This document shows, one piece after another, positions 30,093 to 39,711 of a stretch of DNA of 64,000 nucleotides (its first letter is position 1; each line of letters opens with the position of its first letter). The notes under the pieces were generated by a model. The model made no database searches. It had not been told where the DNA came from and was given only the letters and a program-made list of their open reading frames with translations. Position numbers and translations under genes: made by a program. Origin of the DNA: Terriglobales bacterium (GTDB taxonomy: Bacteria; Acidobacteriota; Terriglobia; Terriglobales; Acidobacteriaceae); contig JBEKDG010000008.1 of assembly GCA_050014475.1 (NCBI GenBank), positions 18,636-82,635 of the forward strand, given 5' to 3'.

Positions 30093-31523
30093 GTGCCCTC
30101 CACGACGAAAAAGACCTTGACGAATAAGACCCTGGCCATCCTGTTGGCCAGCGTGACGTTTCTTTCCGCGGCGCCTGCTGCGGACGAGAAACACATCTCC
30201 GTCTATTCTCCGGTCGCGATCTACACGCTCCCGGTTCTGGATCGTGCCGGCCATGAGTATGTCGGCCTGCTCGAACTTCTGGAACCGCTTGGCCGCGTAA
30301 GCAGCCAGTCGGACGGGCGCCGCTGGAAGCTTCGCTATAACGCGGTGGATGCCGAGTTTGTTGCGGGAAAGACGCGGGCCAAAATTCGCGGGCACAATTT
30401 TGATCTCCTGGCTCCCTTCCTTCTGGAAAACTCGCGCGGATTGGTTCCGTTAAATTCGCTCAGCGCGTTGCTGCCGCGCTTTCTGGGAACGCCAGTTAAT
30501 TTTCGCGAAAGCGCGCGCCGCTTATTCGTCGGCGATGTCGGCATACAAATCAGTTTCCAACTGGACGCGAGCAATCCGCCGCGGCTGGCGCTGAATTTTA
30601 GCGCTCCGGTGAACCCGACGATCTCCACCGAACCAGGCAAGCTGCGCATGGTCTTTAAGCGCGACCCGGTCGTGTCCCCGGGAAGCCAGTCGATTGCTTT
30701 TGCCAACAAGGTCATCACGCAGGCCAGCTACTCCGAGAACAACGGTGACGCTGAATTAGACCTGGCTGCAAACGAGCCGCTGATGGCAAGCTTCAGCAAC
30801 AACCGAAGGACGATCGTCGTTTCCGCGGTCCCACAAACGCCAGCGACGCCGAGTGCCGTTGGACTTGGACCACAGAATCCGGCGCAGACCCCACCACCGG
30901 CGGCGCCGGCTGCAAACGCCGCCGCAGGCACTCATCGCGTTCTGGCCGTGGTCGATGCCGCGCACGGTGGCGATGAACGGGGTGCGGCCTTGACCGATAC
31001 GCTGGCCGAAAAAGACGTCACCTTGGGATTTGCGCGGCTGCTGCGGCATGAACTGGAGATTCGGGGCTTCGCGGTTGCCTTGCTGCGCGATGCGGATAAC
31101 AGTTTGACTCTGGATCAGCGCGCCGCGGCAGCCAACGTTGCGCGCGCCGGAATCTACATCAGCCTGCACGCGGTTTCGCAGGGCAGCGGCGCGCGCGTGT
31201 ACACCGCCCTGCTTCCGGTCGAGGGAACGAGCAAAGGAGTATTCCATGCGTGGAATGCGGCACAGGCGCCGGCTTTGCCCATCAGCCGGATCGTATCGGC
31301 GGCAATTGTTGCCGAGATGCAGAAGAGAGAATTCCCGGTTCAAGCGTCTTCCGCTTCGCTGCGGCCGTTGAACAACGTGTTCATGCCCGCGGTCGCGGTG
31401 GAACTGGCGCCCGGAGCGGATGGTGTCGCCGACTTGACCTCTGCCAATTATCAACAACGGGCCGCGTCGGCGATTGCCGATGCTGTGGTTTCCGTCCGTG
31501 ACCGCCTGGGGGTGCGGCCATGA
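30093..31523 (+). CDS. N-acetylmuramoyl-L-alanine amidase with N-terminal AMIN-like region
   Basis: VVDAAHGGDERGA amidase_3 motif and a signal peptide. GTG start. Confidence 0.82.
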   Translation: MPSTTKKTLTNKTLAILLASVTFLSAAPAADEKHISVYSPVAIYTLPVLDRAGHEYVGLLELLEPLGRVSSQSDGRRWKLRYNAVDAEFVAGKTRAKIRGHNFDLLAPFLLENSRGLVPLNSLSALLPRFLGTPVNFRESARRLFVGDVGIQISFQLDASNPPRLALNFSAPVNPTISTEPGKLRMVFKRDPVVSPGSQSIAFANKVITQASYSENNGDAELDLAANEPLMASFSNNRRTIVVSAVPQTPATPSAVGLGPQNPAQTPPPAAPAANAAAGTHRVLAVVDAAHGGDERGAALTDTLAEKDVTLGFARLLRHELEIRGFAVALLRDADNSLTLDQRAAAANVARAGIYISLHAVSQGSGARVYTALLPVEGTSKGVFHAWNAAQAPALPISRIVSAAIVAEMQKREFPVQASSASLRPLNNVFMPAVAVELAPGADGVADLTSANYQQRAASAIADAVVSVRDRLGVRP

Positions 31524-31539
31524 TGGGCACGGGAAGAAA

Positions 31540-31633
31540 ATCGGGTCATCGGATGATCGGGTCATCGGGTCATCTAAAGTCAAAGGCCTTTGAACTTCGA
31601 TCACCCGATGGCCCGATCATCCGATCACCCGAT
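31540..31633. repeat. compound hairpin with 35-nt arms of octamer units (CGGGTCAT / ATGACCCG-like) and an inner 14-nt palindrome
   Basis: The arms are 32/35 complementary. The inner palindrome is TCAAAGGCCTTTGA at 31580-31593. Confidence 0.9.
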
Positions 31634-31647
31634 CCGCAGGTGCAAAG

Positions 31648-32232
31648 ATGATCCCCCGCCATCTTCTGATCGGCGTAGCTGCGCTGCTGGTGCTGGTCGT
31701 GTCGATGGGAATCTACCTTCGCCACATGCGGCAACAGGCGAGGGATTTGGAGTCTCCGGCGGCCAACGCGTTGCCCGTGGCTCCCCCAGCCTCGGGTCCA
31801 ATGGAGACGGTGACTCTGTATGTGGCCGATGACGCCGCCGGCATGTTGCGCCCGCGATCGGCGCAGATTCCTCTGCCCGGAGGACGCCAGCAGCGAGCCG
31901 AGGAGTTGTTGCGCGCGCTGCTGCGCATCTACCAGCAGCCGGGTGCAGCCCATCCTCTGGCGCCGGCGGCGGACATCCGCAGCATCTACCTGGTCGATCC
32001 GGGCGCGGCCGTCATTGATCTGAATGCTGCCTTCGCCGACCAGCACCGCTCCGGCATTCTAAGCGAGCAGCTCACCGTGAATTCGCTGGTGGAGACGCTG
32101 GCCGTCAACGTTCCAGGGATCCAGCGGGTCAACATCCTGGTCGAGGGTAAGACGCGCGACACGCTCGCGGGTCACGCCGACCTGACCGGGACGTTCGATG
32201 TAATCGCGGTTGAGCAGGCGGGCAGCCAATAA
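31648..32232 (+). CDS. GerMN domain-containing protein
   Basis: 194 aa with an N-terminal TM segment, then ...AEELLRALL...IYLVD...AVIDLN...VNSLVETLAVNVPGIQRVNILVEG. Confidence 0.72.
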   Translation: MIPRHLLIGVAALLVLVVSMGIYLRHMRQQARDLESPAANALPVAPPASGPMETVTLYVADDAAGMLRPRSAQIPLPGGRQQRAEELLRALLRIYQQPGAAHPLAPAADIRSIYLVDPGAAVIDLNAAFADQHRSGILSEQLTVNSLVETLAVNVPGIQRVNILVEGKTRDTLAGHADLTGTFDVIAVEQAGSQ

Positions 32233-32324
32233 GCATCTCTGAATTACGTCAAAAGATGGGGTACCCCCCACCCCCCCTTTTTTTTCGATCTATTAGAATC
32301 ATAGGGTTAGCGGGAAGTTTCCGC

Positions 32325-32377
32325 AAAATCCTCAAGAATACGGACTTATATGGAAAATCCTCAGGAATAAGGAGTTA
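32325..32377. repeat. two 24-nt direct repeats (21/24 identical, 29-nt period) in an AT-rich patch
   Basis: AAAATCCTCAAGAATACGGACTTA and AAAATCCTCAGGAATAAGGAGTTA. Confidence 0.85.
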
Positions 32378-32812
32378 GCTTGATTCTTCGCTTAATTCTA
32401 TTAAGATTCGGAGTTTCGGCGGCGTGCTGACGCCCGCCCATTGCCTCAAATTTAGTTATCAAAGAACAACTAGCAAATGGGGCTGGAGCAGCTTCGAGGG
32501 CCGTCTCGGGAGACGGGCACAGCTCTTCGCTGCCCTAATCAGATTCATTGTCGCGCAGCGCGGGTTGGAAGTCTGTGATGGTGCACACAGATGGTTTGTG
32601 ATGAAAAAGGTCAGGCGTGGGACTGAAGAAAGAGGGAACGTTCGCGGCATCCCACGTCTCGAAAACCGCGAGACGCGGGGCACCCGGCATCGGCTACGGT
32701 CGTGAAGAAGAACTCAGTTCCAGATAGGGAGTACGGGCCTGGAATACGAAAATTCAGGTTCGATGACTAACCAAAACAGCCGCGACGCTGGAATCTCTCG
32801 CAGGAAAGAAAA

Positions 32813-32870
32813 GGCGTTTATCACTCAGGACAGGGGTCAATGAGTGTAATCGCGATTTTTCGCCAATAAT
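32813..32870. repeat. direct repeat flanking the TonB-like gene (degenerate copy)
   Basis: Shares GGCGTT(T)ATCACTCA, GGGTCAATGAGTG, GCGATTT and CAATA blocks with 34941-35010. Confidence 0.7.
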
Positions 32871-32907
32871 CGGATAGTCCCTTGAACGTGACGGCCAGGC
32901 TGCTAGA

Positions 32908-34824
32908 TCACTCCACGTTCACTTGAACGAAGCCGAGCGACGGGTGTCCGTTGATTGTGGCAGGTTCGTACTCCCAATTCATAAGGGCCGCGCGGATGGG
33001 CTTAATGACGGACTCGTCCGTCGTACCCTTCAGGTCCACATCACGCACGTGACCGTGCTCGTCGATTTTGACTCCGCAGGTGACCTTCCCATGCCAACCA
33101 GGGACGGAAGGCCTCACTGTATAGACGGCGTGCGGCTGAGTGAATCGCTCATCTTCTTCTGCCGAAGTATAGAGTGGCTTCACACCCGCCATGCTGAAAA
33201 GGCTCTCGCTGACATTTGCGGCCGGTTCCAGGGTATCGATCGTGATCTCCATCTTATTCACATCGCCGCCGAGCGTCGTGAGCTTGCGTGCAACAGTTTT
33301 TTCTCCGAAGGGCTGCAAGTCATTGAAGACTGTCAGAATCGAGTAGTGGTAGCGGCCACGGATGAACGCGGTCTTCTCCTCAAGGAAATACACCAAGGTG
33401 AGTGCATCGGCCTTCCCCTGCGGGTTGATGTAGCCGTTCGACAACCTCAGCACTGGTAGGTTGGCGAGCTTCGTGTTCACCGTGCTCCAATCGGCATCGT
33501 GAAAGTCGCTGCCATTGTCACCTGGCAACCTGAAGGAGAGGGATTCGATCACGTCATCGGCCAGCCGCGGCGCATATTTGCCGGGAAAGGTTCGATAGAA
33601 CGCGTCTTCCGTTTGCACCTCGACGACCGAAGTTTCGTTTAGTCTCACCTCTCTGCGCCACTTCTTTGGAGACACCCAGGTCTCTTCATAGGTGCCTTTC
33701 GCCGCACCATCTTCCGAGTGGAAACTGGCCTTCACGTGGAAACCAGGCGCACCGTCGAGCCGCACATCATTGGCTGCACGCATTCGGTCGAAGATGGGTT
33801 TCACTTCTGGCTGGGTTGCAGCCGCACCCTGAAACTCGGCCGGGAACGGGATCGTCAGGCCGGTCTCAATCTGTGCTGGGACCCCGTCGACGTTCTGGGG
33901 CTGGAATGTCCACTTCTTTATGGCATTGAGCGCTGCATCTTCGATCGCATTCTCCACCGGACTGTAGGTCCACGCCTCCTTCACTCGTCCATCACGGCCA
34001 ATGACGAGGTCCACGCTCATGCTGTTGCTGTTCGGTTTCTTGCTGACTGGAGGCCATTGAATCTCTGTCTTCTCAGCAAGGAACGTGCGTGCCTCGGTCT
34101 CACTCACTTTTTCCGTCGTCATCCGTTTGGCGGGAGGGGTGGGCTGGGAAATCGCAAACATCGACTCGTCCGGGGCATCGAGGTCGCGCAAAGTATCGAT
34201 GCGAATGTTGATGGGATCATCTTTTGTCGCATAGGCCACCAGTTTGTTGTGAAACTTGCGATAGTCAGTCATCACTCCGTAGCAGCAAGTCGGCGACCAA
34301 AGATAGATCAGCAGCCCGGTCTTGCAATCATACGCAAGCAGCACCCTCGTCTCCCGGCCCTCGGCATTGTTGAAGTACTTCTCGGCCATGCACTGGCCCA
34401 CGCCCGATCCAGGCTCGGCTCCCATAAGTTCGAGCTGATTCATGAGATCGACAGCCGACTTCGGCAGCGGGTCAACGATTTCGTTGGCGAGCATCTCGTC
34501 GTGCAACGGGAAATAGTCCCCGTTGTTGTCCTCATAAATCATGTCGCCATTGGCAATTCGTGTCTGCGAAAAGTCGCGCAGCTTGATGACGCGACGCCAT
34601 TTCGTTGGCGACAGCCAATACTCCTCGACCGTTCCGTTGAACTCAGACTTGGCGTCATCCCGATCGGTGATGGTGGCCTTCAGGTAAAAAGGCCTGCCCC
34701 CCGGTTCAGCCAGTGTCGATCGGTGAATCATTTGGTCAAGCAGTTTGCTAACGGGAATCCTGTTCGCAGCGGCGGAAGCCAATTGCGACAAAAGCAGCAC
34801 AATAAGCGGGATACGAGAACGCAT
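32908..34824 (-). CDS. secreted protein with two TonB-C-like domains and an internal duplication
   Basis: Signal peptide. Two TonB C-terminal-like segments (GRVKEAWTYSP...WTFQPQNVDGVP and GHVRDVDLKG...WEYEPATINGHP). Duplicated module FYLKATITDR...EEYWLSPTKWRR / FHVKASFHSE...EETWVSPKKWRR. Confidence 0.7.
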   Translation of the reverse strand: MRSRIPLIVLLLSQLASAAANRIPVSKLLDQMIHRSTLAEPGGRPFYLKATITDRDDAKSEFNGTVEEYWLSPTKWRRVIKLRDFSQTRIANGDMIYEDNNGDYFPLHDEMLANEIVDPLPKSAVDLMNQLELMGAEPGSGVGQCMAEKYFNNAEGRETRVLLAYDCKTGLLIYLWSPTCCYGVMTDYRKFHNKLVAYATKDDPINIRIDTLRDLDAPDESMFAISQPTPPAKRMTTEKVSETEARTFLAEKTEIQWPPVSKKPNSNSMSVDLVIGRDGRVKEAWTYSPVENAIEDAALNAIKKWTFQPQNVDGVPAQIETGLTIPFPAEFQGAAATQPEVKPIFDRMRAANDVRLDGAPGFHVKASFHSEDGAAKGTYEETWVSPKKWRREVRLNETSVVEVQTEDAFYRTFPGKYAPRLADDVIESLSFRLPGDNGSDFHDADWSTVNTKLANLPVLRLSNGYINPQGKADALTLVYFLEEKTAFIRGRYHYSILTVFNDLQPFGEKTVARKLTTLGGDVNKMEITIDTLEPAANVSESLFSMAGVKPLYTSAEEDERFTQPHAVYTVRPSVPGWHGKVTCGVKIDEHGHVRDVDLKGTTDESVIKPIRAALMNWEYEPATINGHPSLGFVQVNVE

Positions 34825-34940
34825 CGGCCATCCTTCAAGATCAGTGTGGGCGAGATTATCTAGCCGGACAGTCTAACCCGCTCCAATTTACGCTCAAGAT
34901 GGTCTGCTCTGCCAGATGTTGTGAATGATTGTTGTAAACA

Positions 34941-35010
34941 GGCGTTATCACTCATTGAGAACTGGCCGACCCGGGTCAATGAGTGATATGGCGATTTATC
35001 AATAGTTAAT
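34941..35010. repeat. direct repeat flanking the TonB-like gene (copy with intact 13-bp inverted repeat)
   Basis: TATCACTCATTGA, a 17-nt spacer, then TCAATGAGTGATA. Confidence 0.8.
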
Positions 35011-35259
35011 GCGGGAAAGCCGATGTGGGGGGCTTATCCTCGCTGCGGATACCCGAAACGTGAAACTTTGTGAAAGACACTATGTAATAGATTACCTTTG
35101 TTACCTTTTTTTGGGGCTGTGGAATCAATAAGTTACGTGTTTTCAACGTTGTCAGGTTATCCGCTGCGCCACCCAAAATCAAGTGCAAGGTCGAGTCTCT
35201 CAGCAGCCTGGTGGGGCGGCAGCCATCAGTTTTCCCGCACACTGTTAGAATCCCGTCTG

Positions 35260-35997
35260 ATGATCTTTCGCAGCGATAACCGTACTCCCGAGCAGATCCG
35301 TCCCGTCAACATCATTCCTGACTTCATCTCGACCGCGGAGGGCTCGGCGCTGATTGAGATGGGCAACACTCGCGTCATCTGCACCGCATCGGTCGAGGAA
35401 TCGGTACCTGCGTTCTTGCGCAATTCGGGCAAGGGATGGATATCCGGCGAGTACGGGATGTTGCCGCGCTCGACCCTGACGCGCACTGCGCGGGAATCGG
35501 CCAGGGGACGGCAAAGCGGGCGGACACACGAGATTCAGCGGCTCATCGGACGCTCGCTGCGCGCGGTGGCCGATTTGAAGCGCCTGGGCGAGCGCACCAT
35601 CTGGATCGATTGCGACGTAATCCAGGCGGACGGAGGCACGCGAACCGCCTCGATCACCGGGGCATTCGTCGCGCTGGGCCTGGCTTTGCAGCGCCTGGTC
35701 GATGCGGGAACTTTGACTGCGGCGCCGATCAAGGATTTTGTGGCGGCGATCAGCGTCGGCATCGTGGACGGCGAAGTTCTTCTCGACCTCAACTACGAAG
35801 AAGATTCGCGCGCCGACGTGGACATGAACTTCGTCATGACGGCCGGCAACAAGATTGTCGAACTGCAGGCCACCGCCGAGCACCAGGTGTTCGACGACGC
35901 TCAACTGGCAAAGATGCTGGCGCTCGCTCGACAGGGCGTCCAGTCGCTAATTGCCAAGCAGCGGACGCTGCTCGGAAAACTCGCTCTGCGGCAGTGA
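35260..35997 (+). CDS. rph: ribonuclease PH
   Basis: [13 protein letters not shown]..., [10 protein letters not shown] and [19 protein letters not shown]. Confidence 0.93.
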   Translation: MIFRSDNRTPEQIRPVNIIPDFISTAEGSALIEMGNTRVICTASVEESVPAFLRNSGKGWISGEYGMLPRSTLTRTARESARGRQSGRTHEIQRLIGRSLRAVADLKRLGERTIWIDCDVIQADGGTRTASITGAFVALGLALQRLVDAGTLTAAPIKDFVAAISVGIVDGEVLLDLNYEEDSRADVDMNFVMTAGNKIVELQATAEHQVFDDAQLAKMLALARQGVQSLIAKQRTLLGKLALRQ

Positions 35998-36172
35998 CTT
36001 CGGTCATGACCAGGGCGGCGCTTTGCTTGGTATTCTCAAAGCGTCGCTGTAACCCGTTCGTGTGGGGACGGGCGCTGTCGCGAGCATGCCCTGAGCGGAG
36101 TCGAAGGGGCCAAGCCGAGCGCAGCTCGGCAGCTGCCGCGGTCACGGTGAATCTGGATTCGCAATAGGCCAA

Positions 36173-38494
36173 ATGCCAAGTTTGCAATTTAAAGTTCGAG
36201 CCCTGGTTGCGACCGCTTGTCTTGTGTCCGCCGCCCTGTCCGCGCGTGGGCAAACCGCACCCTCATCGGTGACGGGCGTGGTTGAAGATCCTTCCGGCGC
36301 CGTCATCGTCGGCGCGCGCGTGGAGTTCACCAGTGGTAACTACCACATTGCAGTTCAAACGAATTCGGTCGGAAAATTCCAACTCGAAATCGCCGCCACT
36401 TCCGGCACGATTTCCGCCAGAGCGGCTGGATTTCTTCCCCTTCAGCGCCCCTGGAATCATGAACCGCAGCTCCGGCTCGTCCTGCACCCGCAATTTGAAT
36501 CGGACTACGCCAGCCAGCATGTTCTCGTTGCCGCCACCCGCATTAACACCGCGCTGGAGGATTCTCCCGCCGACAGCGTAATCATGTCCCACGACGATCT
36601 GGCCTCGACGCCAGCGCTCGCGCTCGATGATGTGCTCCGCGAAGTTCCGGGCTTCACGCTCTTTCGCCGGGCCAGCAGCCGCACCGCAAATCCGGGCACG
36701 CAGGGAGTCTCCATGCGTGGAGTCGGCGCCAGCGGCGCCAGCCGCGCTCTCGTCCTGGTGGATGACATTCCGCTCAACGATCCCTTCGGCGGATGGGTTT
36801 ATTGGGACCGCGTCGTCCGTGAATCCATCAGTGACGTCGAGGTGGTGCGCGGAGGCGCCGATGCCAGCCTCTACGGTTCGACTGCCATGGGCGGTGTCAT
36901 TCAGTTCCGCACCCGCCAGCCCGACCAGACCGCGATCTCCGCCGAAAGCTCCTGGGGAAGTGAAAACACGCCCGAGTTGTCGCTCTGGGCTGGAACTCGC
37001 CTGGGGCCGTGGTACGGCTCCGCATCCACCGATCTCTTCCGCACCAATGGATATATCCCGGTGCCCGAGTCCCAACGCGGCGCAGTGGATTCGCCCGCCA
37101 ACTCCCGCCACGAACTGACCACGCTCGAACTCGGCCGCCGGTTTGGCGACTTCAGCCGTTTCTTCGCGCGCGGGTCATTTTTCAACGAGGACCGTCACAA
37201 CGGCACCGTGATCCAGTTAAACAACACGCAATTGGGTGACTTCGCGACCGGCGCGAACTACGAAACGAAGAGTGTAGGAGCGATTTCAGCGCGCCTCTTC
37301 GGACTCTTCGAGTCCTACTACCAGACTTTTTCCACGGTTCCATACGGTCGCAATTCCGAAACGCTGACCGACGACCAGTCGGTTCCGTCACAGGCACTCG
37401 GAGGCAGCGCCCAATGGTCACGCCCCGTCGGCCGTATGCAGACGCTGGTTGCAGGTTTTGAGGGCCGGGAGGTGCATGGCGAGAGCAACGACGTCCTCCC
37501 TGCCGTAAGCGCGACCGTGGCCGGCGGAAGAGAGCGCACCATGCGGCTTTTCGGGGAAGACATTCTCCAGCTGAATCCCAAGCTGATTGCGAATTTATCG
37601 CTCGGCTACGATCACTGGAGCGACTTCAATGCGCGGTCGATCGCAATCAATTCCGGTGGCACGACACTGAAGCCCTATCCCGACCGCACCCAGGACGCGC
37701 TCAACCCGCGCGCCTCGCTACTCTACCACCTCGGACATGGGACTGCGCTGACGGCTTCGGGTTATCGTGCCTTCCGCGCGCCCACCCTGAACGAACTCTA
37801 TCGCAATTTTTATCAAGGCAACATCCTGACCTACGGCAACCCCGGTCTGGTTGCTGAGCGACTGACTGGAGTGGAAGCGGGAGTCCGGCAAAGTTTCCTC
37901 TCCGACCGCCTCAGTTTGCGGACAACGTTCTTCTGGAACGACATCACCAATGCCGTCGTGAATGTCACCATCACACAAACGCCCAAGACGCGCGAGAAAG
38001 AGAACGTCGACCGCATACTCTCCACCGGCGTCAACCTCGACGGCGAATTCCGCGTCAGCAACACGCTTCAGTTCGCCGGAGGCTACCAGTTCGCACATGC
38101 CGTGGTATCGAGCTTCACGCCGAATCCCGCCATCGTCGGGCTGAACCAATCGCTCGTGGGAAATTGGATACCCGAGGTGCCGCATCAGCAATTCACGCTG
38201 CAGGCACGCTACGTCAATCCCAAGATCCTCACCGCCAACGTGCAAGGAACCTTCGTTGGCCAGCAATTCGATGACGACCTGAACACGTTATTGCTGAAGA
38301 AATTCTTTACCGTCGACCTGTACCTCGGCCGCTCGCTCGGTCGCGGTCTGGAAGTCTTCGCCGCCGCCGAAAACACGTTCAATCAGCGCTACTACACGGC
38401 TCTAACCACCGTGCCGAACCATCCAGCGGTCCCCAGCCTCGGCCCGCCCATCCTCGCCCGCATCGGCCTGCGCTATCAGTTCCCGAAGCGTTAA
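36173..38494 (+). CDS. TonB-dependent receptor with N-terminal carboxypeptidase-regulatory-like domain
   Basis: Signal peptide, GVVEDPSGAVIVGARVEF, plug motif VDDIPLNDPFGG, and a C-terminal beta-barrel ending in an aromatic-rich tail. Confidence 0.88.
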   Translation: MPSLQFKVRALVATACLVSAALSARGQTAPSSVTGVVEDPSGAVIVGARVEFTSGNYHIAVQTNSVGKFQLEIAATSGTISARAAGFLPLQRPWNHEPQLRLVLHPQFESDYASQHVLVAATRINTALEDSPADSVIMSHDDLASTPALALDDVLREVPGFTLFRRASSRTANPGTQGVSMRGVGASGASRALVLVDDIPLNDPFGGWVYWDRVVRESISDVEVVRGGADASLYGSTAMGGVIQFRTRQPDQTAISAESSWGSENTPELSLWAGTRLGPWYGSASTDLFRTNGYIPVPESQRGAVDSPANSRHELTTLELGRRFGDFSRFFARGSFFNEDRHNGTVIQLNNTQLGDFATGANYETKSVGAISARLFGLFESYYQTFSTVPYGRNSETLTDDQSVPSQALGGSAQWSRPVGRMQTLVAGFEGREVHGESNDVLPAVSATVAGGRERTMRLFGEDILQLNPKLIANLSLGYDHWSDFNARSIAINSGGTTLKPYPDRTQDALNPRASLLYHLGHGTALTASGYRAFRAPTLNELYRNFYQGNILTYGNPGLVAERLTGVEAGVRQSFLSDRLSLRTTFFWNDITNAVVNVTITQTPKTREKENVDRILSTGVNLDGEFRVSNTLQFAGGYQFAHAVVSSFTPNPAIVGLNQSLVGNWIPEVPHQQFTLQARYVNPKILTANVQGTFVGQQFDDDLNTLLLKKFFTVDLYLGRSLGRGLEVFAAAENTFNQRYYTALTTVPNHPAVPSLGPPILARIGLRYQFPKR

Positions 38495-38604
38495 TTTCAA
38501 CCCCTCTTGCCGATAGAACGCGTCCTTTTGCAGGAACTTGCTAATGCTCATTGCAGGGGCTGTGGTTTAGAATGACTTGTCGTATTGCACTGATAGGAGG
38601 ACTT

Positions 38605-39612
38605 ATGAAACTTACCCCCGGCAAACTCGCCGGAATGAAGGCGGTATCGAATGAACGTGGAGTTATCGCGGCTGCCGCCATGGACCAGCGCGGCTCGCTG
38701 CAGAAGTCTCTCGCCAAGGAAAAAGGCACGGCCGTTTCTGACGCCATGATGGAAGAATTCAAGATACTGGTGAGCGAGGTCCTCACGCCACATGCCAGCG
38801 CCATCCTGCTTGATCCCGAGTGGGGGCTGCCGGCTTCGAAGCGCCGCTCAAAAAATGCTGGTCTGCTCCTGGCGTATGAAAAGACCGGGTACGACAAGAC
38901 TGGACCGGGGCGCCAGGGCGATCTGCTGAATCATTGGTCGGTGCGCCGCTTGAAAGAAGCGGGCGCGGATTGCATCAAGATTCTGCTTTACTACACGCCG
39001 TTTGATCCGAAAGACATCAACGACCAGAAGCACGCCTGGGTCGAGCGGCTGGGCGATGAGTGCCGCGCCAATGACATCCCATTCTTCCTGGAGTTCGTCA
39101 CGTACGAAGAAGGCGTGGACGAGAAAGGCCTCGACTTCGCGAAAAAGAAGCCGAAGGCGGTCCTCGAAGCCATGCGCGAGTTCACCAAGGACCGCTACGG
39201 CGTTGACGTAATGAAGGTGGAAGTCCCGATCAACATGAAGTTTGTGGAAGGGACCAAGTCCTACAAGGGTGAGAAGGCTTACACGAAACAGGAGGCGATG
39301 AAGCTCTTCCGTGAGGCCGCCGCGGTCGCGACCAAGCCCTTCATCTATCTGTCGGCGGGCGTGAGCAATGCCGAGTTCACCGAGTCGCTGGAGCTGGCGG
39401 CCGAGTCGGGTGTGAAATTCAACGGCGTGCTCTGCGGACGCGCCACCTGGAAAGATGGCATCCCCATCTATGCCAAACACGGCGCCGGTGCTTTCCGGAA
39501 GTGGCTGGAAGATGAAGGCGTAAAGAATATCAATAACGTAAACGATCGCTTGAAGGCCGCAACCTCATGGCACTCGATCTACGGGGTGGAGCCGGCGCTG
39601 GCCCGCGTGTAG
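38605..39612 (+). CDS. class I tagatose-bisphosphate aldolase family (LacD-like)
   Basis: GGAGGA upstream of the ATG. VIAAAAMDQRGSL N-terminal motif and KVEVP active-site Lys region. Confidence 0.78.
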   Translation: MKLTPGKLAGMKAVSNERGVIAAAAMDQRGSLQKSLAKEKGTAVSDAMMEEFKILVSEVLTPHASAILLDPEWGLPASKRRSKNAGLLLAYEKTGYDKTGPGRQGDLLNHWSVRRLKEAGADCIKILLYYTPFDPKDINDQKHAWVERLGDECRANDIPFFLEFVTYEEGVDEKGLDFAKKKPKAVLEAMREFTKDRYGVDVMKVEVPINMKFVEGTKSYKGEKAYTKQEAMKLFREAAAVATKPFIYLSAGVSNAEFTESLELAAESGVKFNGVLCGRATWKDGIPIYAKHGAGAFRKWLEDEGVKNINNVNDRLKAATSWHSIYGVEPALARV

Positions 39613-39637
39613 GTGAAACCGTTTCCCAAGCGCAGAG

Positions 39638-39663
39638 GCGGGTCTCCGGACCCGCTTTTGTTT
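39638..39663 (+). terminator. rho-independent terminator
   Basis: GCGGGTC-tccg-GACCCGC followed by TTTTGTTTG. Confidence 0.7.
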
Positions 39664-39672
39664 GTTGCCTAA

Positions 39673-39707
39673 GTGCTGAATGCTGAGTGCCGAATGCTGA
39701 CTGCTGA
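39673..39707. repeat. five tandem heptads NTGCYGA with no inverted partner
   Basis: GTGCTGA ATGCTGA GTGCCGA ATGCTGA CTGCTGA. Confidence 0.85.
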
Positions 39708-39711
39708 CCAC

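Noticed and set aside
32813-35010. Flanking repeats of the TonB-like gene as integron attC sites.
   Set aside because: I could not find the GTTRRRY / RYYYAAC core sites, no integron integrase is nearby, and the gene orientation relative to the repeats does not fit a cassette array.
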